From: Chiloscyllium plagiosum
Taxonomy: Eukaryota
Assembly (NCBI RefSeq): GCF_004010195.1
Contig: NC_057719.1
Coordinates: 16,479,929-16,543,928, forward strand
Length of the DNA: 64,000 bases
Reading direction: 5' to 3'
In this document: piece after piece, positions 1-13,462 of the stretch
Position numbering within the stretch: the first letter of the stretch is position 1
Layout: each line of letters begins with the position of its first letter
Notes under the pieces: generated by a model
The model's input: only the letters and a program-made list of their open reading frames with translations
Databases searched by the model: none
Told to the model about the DNA's origin: nothing
Translations under genes and position numbers: made by a program

Positions 1-929
1 ACAAATCACCCAAGACTGAACACTGAGAGTCTCTGAGCAGGTCGTTGTGTGAAATCTTACAAGCATCAGCCATGAATGACTTACATCTGTTGACAACTGG
101 CAGCTGTTTATGTATGTGGATTTCACATTTGCATAACATTACACAAGCATCCATAGCCTTTGGGTCTGGTGATCAGATCTCTCGCTGAAACAAACAGGAA
201 CAGAAATTGCTGGAGAAACTCAGCAGGTCTGACTTAATGATGCTGAGACATGAATGATCTGTGAGTCTCATTCTGAAGCAGGACTGAATTTAACACTCCC
301 AATGCAGCCTGCTGTCATCACAACGAAGTATCATCTTGATGTCAGCTTCTTGTCATTTTGAATTAGCTAATTATTGCCCATTAATGCTACGAACAGTACA
401 TTTGACTGAAGGAACATGCCCCCAAGATGGGAATATAGTCTGTGCACATCAAACATGTCAGACATGAAACTTGATATGTTTTTTTTCCCAGTCTCTGGAA
501 AGGGAAGATGTGAAACATGGAGGTGAGTTCATGCCTGGCTTTAGCAGGAAAAGCTGCTGAAAGGCATTCAATCGTGAAATCTTTGGTGTGTATGCACATC
601 TGAATATAATCAGGGCTTTCCCTCATTATAATACCTGCTAACTTAATGACACTATATTCTTGTTTTGGTGCCGAGTCTCCTGTGGGCATGGTGGAATCTC
701 TGAGAGATACCTCCTCAAGACTGGAGGGGAGGAGGAGGAGGAGACAGAGGAGCCAACAGTCACATGGTGTGGAGGAAGGAGGCCAACCTGCTGAGGAACA
801 AGGGGCTGCAGGCATACAGGTGCAGATAAAAGGCATATAAACTGCCCATGGTGTATAAAGGGTGAATATGTCATATCTGCAGTGATTTCATGCCTTGCAA
901 GTCCCTGAGAGAGCATTCAATTGTGTGCA

Positions 930-1405
930 TGGCCATTTGATATCTGTGACATTAAAAGTGCTTCTAGCTGTGAACCTCTACGACTCCAGGTCAGTAAGAG
1001 CTGGCTATGGAGACCTGAGTGGGACAAACTACTCTGGAACACACAACCGTATAAAGCTTTCAACAAATATAATACTTTTTTGCCATAGTCATCAATTCGT
1101 TAACTTCAATGTAGACAACAGCGATCACATGGAAGGAGGAGTTTCCCAAGAATGCAAGATGTCATTTATTATATCCATGTCCCCATCATGACACCAACTC
1201 AACAGTCAAGGGTTATAAGTAGAAATGTGTACCACTCCAGCAACAGCCAATAGTTTTCAACCGCCAAAAGACACCACGTAGGTGTGTGCAAGGGAGCACC
1301 TTGACTCTTGCATCCTTAGGAACTCCCAGGTGCCATGAATGTTTTCTGTGATGGATGCTGCTGATTGATAGAGGCCACCCTGTGAAGAGGTGACTCATGA
1401 TGTCT
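930..1405 (+). mobile_element. Degenerate PIF/Harbinger (HARBI1-like) DDE transposase relic
   Basis: Collinear decayed motifs: LKVLLAVNLYDSRS..GDLSG (cf. VKVTxALNFYASGS..GDLCG), FP../QDVIYYIHVPI (cf. FPxVQGVIDCTHVAI) and LLIDRGHPVKR*LM at ~1357-1398 (cf. LLGDKGYPLKxWLMTP). Frameshifts and stops are present. Confidence 0.6.
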
Positions 1406-1454
1406 AAACATACTTAAACCAAGAGCCATTATTACCCAAGTCAGAATCATGCCA

Positions 1455-2180
1455 CAAATGGTAATGTTGAAGGACAGATGGACTTAGGGGTTTGGTTACA
1501 TAATTCTTTGAAATTTGTGTCACAGGTAGACAGATTGGTTAAAAGGTATTTAGCACGTTTGCTTTCATTGCTCAATGCTTCCATTGTAGGAGTTGAGAAG
1601 TCATGTTGAGGTTGTACAGGACATTAGTGAGACTCCTGGAGTACCGTGTTGACTTCTGGTCACCCAGTTAGAGGAAAGATATTAATAAGCTAGAGAGGAT
1701 TCAGAAGAGATTTACCAGGATGTTATCAAGTATGGAAGGCTTGAGCTATAAAGAAAGGTTGTATAGGCTATGAGTTTTTTCACTGGAGCATAGGAGGTTG
1801 AGGGGTGAACTTATAGAGGTATATAAAGTCATAAGGGGTACACATAGGTAAATGGTAGTTGTCTTTTCTCTAGGATGGGTATTTCAAGACCATGAGGCAC
1901 ATTTTTAAGGTGAGAGGAGAGAGATTTAAAAAAGGTTGATGTGCAAATTCTTTACACAGGGGATGGTTCGCATGTGGAATGAACCTCCTGAGGAAGTGAT
2001 GGATGTGAGCACAGTTACAATGTTTAAAAAACACTTAGATAAATACATAAATAAGAAGAGGGTTATGGGCCAGTAGCAGGCAGGTGGGGTGAGTTTAGTT
2101 TGGGATTATGTTTGGCATGGACTGATTGGACCAAAGAGTCTGTTTCTGTGCTGTTTGACTCAATAACTCTTTGACTCTGT
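1455..2180 (+). mobile_element. CR1/HER1-type LINE, 5'-truncated 3' fragment
   Basis: Decayed RT C-terminus (LEYxVxFWSP..RKDI.KLERIQKRFTRML..RRLRG), followed by the typical 3'UTR ending in TGACTC-type tail repeats. Confidence 0.85.
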
Positions 2181-3600
2181 GTAATACAAGAAAATTCGGT
2201 GCAGTGATTATGATCTAAAATTGCATGCTGAACAAAGAAGAAAAGTCAGATTATTTTCAGTCCCTAATTTGCTGATGTGTTTTTTTCCCACCTTACCAGA
2301 TAAATTCAAAAGAATTTAACCATCCATTCCCTCACCACAGTTGCACTAGATTCTCCTCCAAAGCTGCGAACTGCAGATTGACTCCCCACTTGATCTGGAA
2401 ATAATGATAAATGTGTCAAGTACGAAACTCCTAAAACTCTGAAAAGAGACATTCAGTTGACTGTCAGTATTCCTCCCTTATCTCCAGAGCTGTGACAGAC
2501 CTGCTGCCAGTTCAGGCTCCTTTCTTAGATTCTTGGAATCCCTCCTCATTTCACTGTAAAGGGAACAAAGGCCTCTGAGTCAGATTTTTTGTCCACATTT
2601 TCTGACTATACATCCTGGCAAGGATGAGAAAAATCCAATATATTTCTGTTAAGTGTCAATATGACAATAATCTATGCCATTTGTGATCACTTCGCTGTCA
2701 GTTTGAGCTGCAGGATGCACAGACATAGCCCAAGAACTGATTTATCTAAATTTATCATATACAACAGCTCGAAGTCCATTCTATAGAAGGTTAGAGTCAC
2801 TATTTAATGTAACCAATGCGAAACCTATCCAATAACATGAATCAAAGTTTGAGTATTTGACTGTCTTAACAACACATCAGAGAGAAAAAAAACCTCCTTA
2901 CTTCTCAACTTCTCAGTTTTACGTATCAAAAGTTGCTGTACCCTCAAAGTGGAGTGTTGCATATACACATGCAAACTAATAGCGTTCACACAGAGATCTG
3001 TAGTTGTAAGATATTGTTAACTTGTTTGTGCTTGCTGACAGAAAGCAATGTTAAAGTGAGTTTCCAATGGGGTCAGCAGAAAGTAACTTTTAAATTTCTC
3101 CTGTGTATCCAAAATATAGCTAAAGGTAAAGATGCTATAGTCCTAAAAGAACATAGGGTTGCTATCCCACGAACAAAAGACAACTGGTGGTGATCTAATC
3201 AGAGAGTCACTGTGGCTCATGTAGTGGGAAGAGGTTGAGAAGGAAAGTCCTTCACAGTAACTTCAGGCATTGAACCTTTAAGGTTAGGGTTACTGCAAAC
3301 CAGCCATCCAACCAATTGAGCTAGCCAACCTCCTAACCATGAAAAACATCCACACGGACAATAAGTGACTCCCATTTTGGTTCAAACTAGTGAAAATGAT
3401 TATCTTTTAAAAGTCTGTCAATTCAGGTGAGCTCCTCCTTCAGTTCTGATAACTTCACACACCTCAAAATAATAGTTATTGATTGGAAGATATGAAATAT
3501 GTCTTGTTTTAAGAAAGAGTTTGGGATAAATATGTGAATGCATTATTGAATTACAAGAAAAGATTAGTGGAGTTGCTCTTGACTACAATCAGATGGGCAT

Positions 3601-4890
3601 AGTCAGAGATGTACAGCACGGAAACAGACCCTTCAGTCCAACTTGTCCATGACGACCAGATATTCCAAATAATCTAGTTCCATTTGCCAACGCTTGGCCC
3701 ATATCCCTCTAAATCCTTCCTATTCATGTGCCCATTCAGATGCCTTTTAAATGTTGCAATTACAAGCCTCCACCACTTCCTCTGGCAGTTCATTCCATAC
3801 ACGCACCACCCTCTACGTGAAAAAGATGCCCCTTAGGTCCCTTTTGCATCTTTCCCCTCGCACCCTAAACCTAAGCCCTCCAGCTCTGGACTCCCACAGC
3901 CCAGGGAAAATACCTTGTCTGTTTATCCTACCATACCGCTTATGGTTTTATTAGCCTCTAAGAGGTCACCCCTCAGCCTTCGATGCTCCAGGGAAAATAG
4001 CCCCAACCAACACAGCTTCTCCATGTAGCTCAAATCCTCCAACCCTGGCAACATCATTGTAAATCTTTTCTGAAACCTTTCATGTTTCACAACATCATTC
4101 CTATAGGACGGAGAGCAGAATTCTATACAATATTCCAAAGGTGGCCTAACCAATATCTTGTACAGCTGCAACATGACCTCCCAACTACTATACTCAATGC
4201 TCTGACCAATAAAGGAAAGCATACCAAACGCCTTTTTCACTATCCTATCTACCTGCGACTCTACTTTCAAGGAGCTATGAATCTGCACTCCAAGGTCTCT
4301 TTGTTCAGCAACACTCCCAAGGACCTTACCATTAAGAGTATAAGTCTTGCAAAGATTTGCTTTCCTAAAATGCAGCACCTCACATTTATCCAAATTAAAC
4401 TTCATCTGCCACTCCACAGGCCATTGGCCCATCTGATCAAGATCCCATTGTAATCTGAGGTAACCTTCTTTGCTGTCCACTACACCTCCAATTTTGGTGT
4501 CATCTGCAAACTTACTAACTATACCTCTTATGCTCACAACCAAATCATTCATATAAATGATGAAAGGTAGTGGACCCAGCATCAATCCATGTGGCACTCC
4601 ACTGGTCAAAGGCCTCCAGTCTGAAAAACAACCCTCCACCACCACCCTCTGTCTTCTACCTTTGAGCCAGTTCTGTATCCAAATGGCTAGTTCTCCCTGT
4701 ATTCTATGATATCTAACCATTATTACCAGTCTCCCATGGGGAACCTTTTTGAACACCTTACTGAAGTCCATATATATCACGTCTACCGCTCTGCCCTCAT
4801 CAATCCTCTTTGTTACTTTTTCAAAAAAACCCAATCAAGTTTGTGAGACATCATTACTCACGCACAAAGCCATGTTGACTATCCCTAAGC
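3601..4890 (-). mobile_element. CR1/HER1-type LINE with a 303-codon open RT segment (3923-4834)
   Basis: ORF with AVDVIYMDFSK, SGVPHGLMLGPL, SKFADDTKIGG, MKFNLDKCEVLHF and RRLRGDL. The 3'UTR ends near 3601. Confidence 0.92.
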
Positions 4891-5231
4891 AGCCTTAAAA
4901 ATGAACCAGCTGAGTGAAGTCCTTGGACAGGAGAGGAGAATGATTTGGTTGATAAGAGGTCTAAGAAGGGAAACACCAAAACAGAAATTAGGAGCAGGAG
5001 TAGGCCACTTGGTCCTTCGAACCTACTCTGCCATTCAGTATGAACACAGCTGATCTACTATCTCAATGCCATATTCCTGCTTTCTCCCATAACCTTTCAT
5101 ATTTTTAAAATATATCAATCTCTTTCTTGAATACACTCAGTGATTTGGCCTCCACAGCCTTCTTACTTTTCCTTATTTCAGTTCCATATCCTGAGACTGT
5201 GTCCCCTGGTTCTAGACTTCCCAACCAGTGA

Positions 5232-5440
5232 CTGGATTAGTGGTGCTGGAAGAGCACAGCAGTTCAGGCAGCATCCAAGGAGCTTCGAAATCGACGTTTC
5301 GGGCAAAAGCCCTTCATCAGGAAGGGCTTTTGCCCGAAACGTCAATTGCAAAGCTTCTTGGATGCTGCCTGAACTGCTGTGCTCTTCCAGCACCACTAAT
5401 CCAGAATCTGGGTTCCAGCATCTGCAGTCATTGTTTTTAC
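5232..5440. mobile_element. Palindromic PLE-derived mini-element with 15-bp TSD, nested in a LINE fragment
   Basis: Inverted arms span 5232-5404. The direct repeat CTTCCCAACCAGTGA lies at 5217-5231 and 5441-5455. A hammerhead motif sits at the inversion centre. Confidence 0.85.
5291..5322 (-). ncRNA. Minimal hammerhead ribozyme motif (intact core, weak stem I)
   Basis: Minus strand reads UC-CUGAUGA-A-GGGC-UUUU-GCCC-GAA-ACGU-C-GA. Confidence 0.65.
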
Positions 5441-5639
5441 CTTCCCAACCAGTGAAAACATCCTTTCTGCATGTAGACTACCCAGCCCTGTTTGAATTTT
5501 AATTATTTCAATTCGAACCACTCTCCTTCCATGAAGATGAATACAGCACCATAATCACAGAGACTGCCATGTGAGTGTTTGGTTAAAGGTAGTCTACTGT
5601 AAAAGATAAGGAACGTGATTCAAACAGGCAGTTGTAGGA

Positions 5640-6070
5640 AAAATTGGGGTGGGTTTGGGATGTGACAACACATTTAAGGAAAGTACTTTGTAAATGAACC
5701 ATGATTGAAAAAATGAAGGGACAGTGGTATGCATTATGAAGAAGCTGGTGAGGACAGCCATTTTGAAAGGATTGGGCATAGTATCTGAGGAGATGGAACT
5801 ACTGTGTGTCAACTGATATAGACATCAGAAATGGAGACTGAGTGGTCAAGGACTCAAGGAGCAAGACATTTCCTTGGATGAGATGAGCTTTGAAAGGATG
5901 TAGGGAGATAAGAGAGACAGTCAGCAAGATGGATATTTGACTTGGTGACAATGGAAAGAGGGGAGAAGCAGCTGAGGCAATTGGAAGGATGCAGGTTCTT
6001 AGCTTGATGATAAAGAAGTCCATAACTTCCTCAACATCATTTGAAATGAAGATCATAGTCGCAGACAAAA
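5640..6070 (-). mobile_element. Old L2-like LINE ORF2 fragment
   Basis: ISSDTMPNPFKMAVLTS resembles L2-type SLSSGxVPxxFKxAxITP. Heavily decayed. Confidence 0.5.
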
Positions 6071-6314
6071 AGGCATTGAAAGGGATGGGTCGTATTGGAG
6101 AAACATTCTACTGAGTCATCAACTGTGCACAAAGAAGAGTTTTGTTTGAGTTATTAGCAATTGTGTTATACTGATGCAGTTTCTGCTGGATATCACTAGC
6201 AGGTGCAATGTAAATATTGAGCTGACTTCATTAAGTGTGTTGCTATTCTTATTCTTGTCCACCAGGGGATGCTAATGTAAAACACACAATCCATCAAAAT
6301 GCTATTTTCAATTA

Positions 6315-6680
6315 TAGAGTCAGGGAACAACCTGGAAACAGACCCTTTGGTCCAACTAGTCCACGCCAACTGTGTTCCTAAATTAACCTAGTCCCACTTG
6401 CCAGCTCCTGCCCATATCCTTCCAAACCTTTCATATTCATGAACTTATCCAAATACCTTTTAAATATTGTAACCATACCCGCATCCACCACTTCCTCAGG
6501 AAGTACATTTCACACACCAACCACACTTTGTGTAGAGAAGTTGCCCCTCACGTCCCTTTTAAAATTAAAAAAAAACCTGATCCTCATCAATAAACGGGAT
6601 ATGGGTGGGTTGCGCTTCGGCGGGTCGGTGTGGACTTGTTGGGCCGAAGGGCCTGTTTCCACACTGAATCTAATCTAAAA
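6315..6680. mobile_element. CR1 3' end (minus, ~6315-6560) plus HE1-type SINE 3' tail (plus, ~6597-6680)
   Basis: Same 3'UTR text as other CR1 copies. The SINE tail is GGGCCGAAGGGCCTGTTTCCACACTG..AATCTAATCTA. Confidence 0.7.
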
Positions 6681-7050
6681 AAAACAATAGTCCCATCAGA
6701 ATACATCCTGTCCATTCCCAATGCTATTAAAAATCAATAAAACCCCCAGCCCAGAACATGAATGGGACATTATAGTTTATTTCTTGTCCTTTGCAAGTAT
6801 TTGGTCTTTTGTCATTTCTCTATAACTTCACTTTTTTTCTATAGAAGTGTTATTTTATCTGTGAGCAAGAAGTATTTGAGGGCATGCCCTTTCAAACCTA
6901 ACTGCCAGGGATTTCCATACTGCTATTCCATTACTAATTATAATCATGGATGATTTCAGAACAGTTTCCAGGCCCCTTCTCTTCTTATACTGTGAGTATT
7001 ACATCGATTAGTTAAACTACAATCAGCTTCCAATACTGCACTACAGGATG

Positions 7051-7210
7051 TACAAAGTTAAAAATCACACAATACCAGGTTATAGTCCAACAGGTCTAAT
7101 TGGAAGCACCAGCTTTCGGAGTGCTGCTCCTTCATCAGGTGGTTGTGGGAGCAATGTTGTGTGATTTTTAACTTTATATGCCCCAGTCCAACACCAGCAT
7201 CTCCAAATCA
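7051..7210 (-). mobile_element. PLE-derived mini-element (GGAGC/GCUCC family) with 13-bp TSD and mutated hammerhead
   Basis: TSD GCA(C/A)TACAGGATG at 7038-7050 and 7211-7223, with internal inverted AAAGTTAAAAATCACAC arms. Minus strand reads CAC-CUGAUGA-A-GGAGC-AGC-ACUCC-GAAAGCU-G; G at the cleavage position is predicted inactive. Confidence 0.8.
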
Positions 7211-7874
7211 GCAATACAGGATGCCTGTTTAGACACATAATAATTGTATTAGTGTGTATTTCAGGCGCTGGCTGGGAAAATCATTGCCAATCTAGATTTC
7301 TTTGATCCGGATCTTAATGATTGCATCAGCAATTCAGTAGTAGCATTCCCAGGGGAAGTCTTTTCTGGTACAGTGGTAATGTCCATGTCTCCAAGTCAGG
7401 AGACCTAGGGTTCAAGGGCCCACCTGCCCCAGAGATGTGTCATAACATTTCTGAACAGATTGATTAAAAAATATCTTGACCCAGATCTTGTTGAATTTAT
7501 GACAGTGATACTGCAAACTGACATTAATGGGTTTTAAATATGAATTACAAGTAGGTTATTAATAATTAAACTGAGACAAAGGCTGGAAATTTACAACCGG
7601 TTGATCAGCATTGTGGGAAGGATATGGATGAATTGGAATGTGTCAGTGATGGAGAATCAGGAGAATAAAGAGATAAAAGATGAACCCGAAAAAAAGACAA
7701 GGTCAGGTTTTGGTCAGGATTTCTTTGAACTGGTAGGAAGGGCACATCTGACTGAAGGGGAGGAGAACGAAAACTGGAGATGACCCCGACAGTCCAGGCG
7801 AGACCCTTGATTACATATGAATCATTCATTTAACCCTTTGTTTTGCCATTCAACGAGATCATCATGGATAGAGT

Positions 7875-8120
7875 GTGGCGAGGTGATGGTATTATCACTA
7901 GATTATTAATCTGGAGACCCAGGTAATGTTCTGGGGACGTAGGTTCCAATACCGTCTCAGCAGATGGAATCCAAACTCGACAAACATCTGGAATTAAGAG
8001 TCTAATAGTGTTATAGAGTCATGCAGCCCTGCTAATGAATTGATGTCCTTTAGGGAAGGAAACTTACCCAGTCTGGCCTACATGTGACTCCAGTTCCACA
8101 GCAATGTTGTTGCCTCTGGA
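7875..8120 (+). mobile_element. Degenerate Deu/SacSINE-like SINE
   Basis: Contains the GTCCTTTAGGGAAGGAAA...TCTGGCCTACATGTGACTCCAG block that recurs at ~53010 and ~58455. Confidence 0.6.
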
Positions 8121-8374
8121 TTGAAGACTACCATATCCAGCCTCTAGGACACTGAAGCTGAGAATGGTCCACGTTTGAAATTATCTTTTAAAATAGATAT
8201 TTTAGCAAGGCAGACCTGTACTGCCAGGATGGCTATCTTTGTTGAGCTTTTAACATTGTAGGGTTTGTTGCAATGCTAAAAATGTTGTTAAATTCTCAAG
8301 TGTGAACTGGAGATTCAATCAAACTCAGAGAATTGGGCAGAATAACATAAAGAGGCAATACTTTCTTGTAATTA

Positions 8375-8531
8375 TGACTTGGAGGTGCCTGTGTTGGACT
8401 GGGATGGATAAAGTTAAAAATCACACAACACCAGGTGGTTGACAACTACCTGATGAAGGAGCAGCGCTCCGAAAGCTAGTGCTTCCAATTAAACCTGTTG
8501 GATTATAACCTGGTGTTGTGTGATTTTTAAC
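8375..8531 (+). mobile_element. PLE-derived mini-element with 12-bp TSD
   Basis: TSD TTCTTGTAATTA at 8363-8374 and 8532-8543. Inverted arms AGTTAAAAATCACACAACACCAGG / CCTGGTGTTGTGTGATTTTTAACT enclose the ribozyme. Confidence 0.85.
8447..8481 (+). ncRNA. Minimal type-I hammerhead ribozyme motif (intact)
   Basis: UAC-CUGAUGA-A-GGAGC-AGC-GCUCC-GAA-AGCU-A-GUG. Stem I is UAC/GUG, stem II has 5 bp, stem III is palindromic AGCU, and cleavage is predicted after CUA at 8478. Confidence 0.75.
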
Positions 8532-9639
8532 TTCTTGTAATTAGTTCATCTGCGCGGATGTAATTAAGATGAATAAACACTTCAACACCCTGAGCAGTGA
8601 ATTTACCATTTCCCTACGTTCTGTCTGGTTCAGGCCGGGAATCATAGTCTAAAATATTACCATTCCGCCCACTGTTCCCGTGCTGTCCCTTAGCAAACTC
8701 GATGGCAATAGATTGGATCGCTTGCTCCCTTCCTTTCGTCCTGCCTTCCTCATCAAGTGGTTATTCAATTCCCTTCAATCTACTTGGAATGTCGTAATGA
8801 GTGGTTGTGGGGAAAGAAGGGGTCACCTCCTCCTCCTCCCAACCCAGAACCGTCAGATGCAAATAACGTCAGCTCAAATCCTGCCTTGATATCACATTTG
8901 GACCCGCGAATGCGGATTTCCCCCATTGGTTTTCCATCAAGCTCCCTCGAAGTAAGACAATATTGAAGCATATTTCGGTGGCGCATGAACAGAGGAATGC
9001 TATCCCTTAATTTGAAATTCTACAATGTAGACACTGATGGTTACACGTCTTGAATGGAAGGGAACCCGCCCGAATTCTTGGGGGGGTGGGGGGGAGAATC
9101 AAATTTTGGACATAAACCTGTGACAACCCCGACAGAGCAGCAAAAGTTGAAACAAATCATCCCCAGGCAACAGTTGGAAGGTGAAATAGTGAGACCGGAC
9201 TTCCTACCCTCCCCCATTCTTGTTCAAAGGTTTCAAAAATGTCAAGTCGAAACAGCAAAGTACACCGCGGAATGTTGTCGGATCTAGGGGGCGGGGGAAG
9301 TGGAGAGTCCGGTTTCTGTTCACACCATTTCCTTTCCTGTGACTGAAGGAAACACGACTCACGAGGTGAACAATATCCCGCTGAAAAGAGAGAGCGAGAG
9401 AGAGGGGGAGAAAGAGAGGCTAGTCGTGTTAATTACAGCCTCTTACCTCCCGCAGAGTTTCAGTCTCTTCCCAAAGACATGGAATAATCATTGAACTATG
9501 ACCTCGAACTTTACAAACGAGTTGATCTTGGTAAATCAGATTTGTTTTTTGTTATTAATTTGTGGGATTTGGGTATCGCTGGCTATCATTTAGTGTCCGT
9601 CCCTAGTTGCCCTTGAGAAGCTGCGTTCTTGAACCGTAA

Positions 9640-10790
9640 TCACCTGACGAAGGAGCAGTGTACTTCCAAATAAACCTTTTGGATTATAACCTGGTGTGGT
9701 CTGATGTTTAACTTTGTCCTCCCAGTCCAACAACGGCACCTCCACATCATCATCTCGACCAGACACACAATCGTTCTGAAGAAAGGTCACAGGACCCGAA
9801 ACTCTTTCTCTCCACAGATAGAGTTTTTTTCAGGTCTGAAGAAGGTCTATATCTCTCTCCACACATGTCGCCAGACCTGCTGAGTTCCTTCAGCATTCTT
9901 TTTTCCAAGTTCAAAAATGTACTTTATTCATACATGATCTCTAACTAAAGACAACAAGTCCACAGCAGGAACAAAAACAGAAACTGCTAGGAAAACTCAG
10001 CAGGTCACTGGACTGGAAAGGTTAATGCTGTTTTCTCTCCAGACCCGCAGAGTTTTCCCAGCAATTTTTTTGTCTGATTTCCGACATCCGTAGTTCTTTT
10101 TTAACAACAGTTCTGCAGAAAATACAATGGAATTTTGACATTTTTCCTTCAAGCTTTAATCTCACTGCATCAAAAAGAGACATTTTCTAAACGCGAAAGA
10201 AAATTATTTACATTCCCCTTAGGGCTACCAGGGGATGTAATTGCTGGTCTTATAACACCATTTGATTCAGGAGCAAAATTAGGCCATTTGGCCCATCAAG
10301 TATAATTGCAACATTTAAAAGGCAGCAGGATTGGTAAATGAATAGGAAGGGTTTGGAGGGATATGGCAAAAATGAGGACTGCAGATGTTGGAAATCAGAG
10401 TCTAGATTAGAGTGGTGCTGGAAAAGCACAGCATCCCAGGAGCAGGAAAATCGACGTTTTGGGCAAAAGCCCTTCATCAGGATATGGGCCGAATGCTGGC
10501 AGTTGGAACTAGATTGGGTTGGGATGTCTGGACGAGTTGGACCGAAGGGTCTGCTTCCGTGCTGTATGTCTCTATGACTCTATAACCCTCCTCATATTTT
10601 TCGAAAAACGGAAAGAACTGTGGATGCTGTAAATCGGAAACAAAAACAGAACTGAGGAAGGGCCGCTCGCTCCGAAACTTAACTCTGATTTGTCCCTACA
10701 GATGCTGCCTGACCTGCTTTGCTCTTCCAGCACCACTCTAATCTAGACTCTGGTTTCCACAATCTGCAGTCCTTAAATTTACATAGTCTT
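9640..10790. mobile_element. Cluster of decayed PLE-derived mini-elements and a CR1 tail
   Basis: Partial HHR cores at ~9644 (CTGACGAAGGAGC), 9776 (CTGAAGAAAGGTC..GACCCGAAAC), ~10452-10480 minus (GAAA mutated to AAAA; element ~10367-10479 between GGATATGG repeats inside a CR1 3'UTR) and 10652 (CTGAGGAAGG..CCGAAAC). Confidence 0.7.
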
Positions 10791-10879
10791 GAGCTTTGGA
10801 ATGTTGTGTGTTACACATTGACTGGAAAGTGATTTCTGCTCCCAGGTAGTGAAGGCTGTGGACCATAAGTGATACAATT

Positions 10880-12717
<1,838 letters not shown>

Positions 12718-12719
12718 TG

Positions 12720-13060
12720 ATTTATTTTGTCACATGTGTACCTAACCTTAGTGCAAAGTTTTTTGTGTGTGTGTGACATTTTGTTTTGCTTTATTTCAAA
12801 GTTACAGCCGCAAAGAAGGTGCACAAAAAGTAATATCAGCATTAGATTTGAAATTTGATGCGTCCATTCAGAAGTCTGATAACAGCGGGGAAGAAATGGT
12901 GCATGAACATGTTGTTATGTATGTTTAAGCTTTTGTACCTTCAGGGTGATGGAAGAGGTTGGAAGAGATTACAACCAGGGTGGGAGGGGTCTTTGATGAT
13001 GTTGGCTGCCTTTCTGAGGCATGCAGAAATGTAGATGGAGTCAATGGATTGAAAGTTTGA
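12720..13060 (-). mobile_element. Rex1/Babar-like LINE 3' fragment
   Basis: Recalled Rex-type 3' region (minus: AACATCATCAAAGACCCCTCCCACCCTGG...TTCTTCCCCGCTGTTATCAGACT...ACATGTGACAAAATAAA). Confidence 0.55.
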
Positions 13061-13119
13061 CAACATCCCACATGCGAAATAGAAATGTACATATTAAAAT
13101 TGCCAAAAAAAATTGCCCA

Positions 13120-13290
13120 AAGAACCGCGGATGCTGGAAATCAGAAATCAGCAGGTCTGGCTGCATCTGTGGAGAGAAAACAGATGCAACATTTCAGGTC
13201 CAGTGACCCTTCTTCAGAAGAAATGTTAACACTGCATCCTGTCCACATATGCTGCCAAACCTGAGTTTCTCCACCAATTTCTAATTTTGT
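13120..13290. mobile_element. Decayed palindromic PLE mini-element (GGGUC/GACCY family)
   Basis: Minus strand reads CUGAAGA-A-GGGUC-ACUG-GACCU-GAAAUGUU at ~13188-13217, between imperfect inverted arms. Confidence 0.65.
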
Positions 13291-13338
13291 TGTTAGTTGT
13301 CAGTGATGCTCTGTGGTGAGCCCACCTCACACCTCACA

Positions 13339-13462
13339 CTGAAGAAGGGCTTATGCCCGAAACGTCGATTCTCCTGCTCCTTGGATGCTGCCTGACCTGC
13401 TGCGCTTTTCCAGCAACACATTTTCAGCTCTGATCTCCAGCATCTGCAGCCCTCACTTTCTC
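13339..13462 (+). mobile_element. PLE-derived mini-element beginning at an intact hammerhead core (13339-13366)
   Basis: CTGAAGA-A-GGGC-TTAT-GCCC-GAAACGTC followed by the family tail GATTCTCCTGCTCC...CAGCATCTGCAGCCCTCACTTTCTC. There is no cis stem I. Confidence 0.8.

Noticed and set aside
3923..4834. Functional reverse transcriptase gene
   Set aside because: It is a 5'-truncated CR1 fragment with no true start or endonuclease, altered conserved residues (PQG->PHG), and a premature end.
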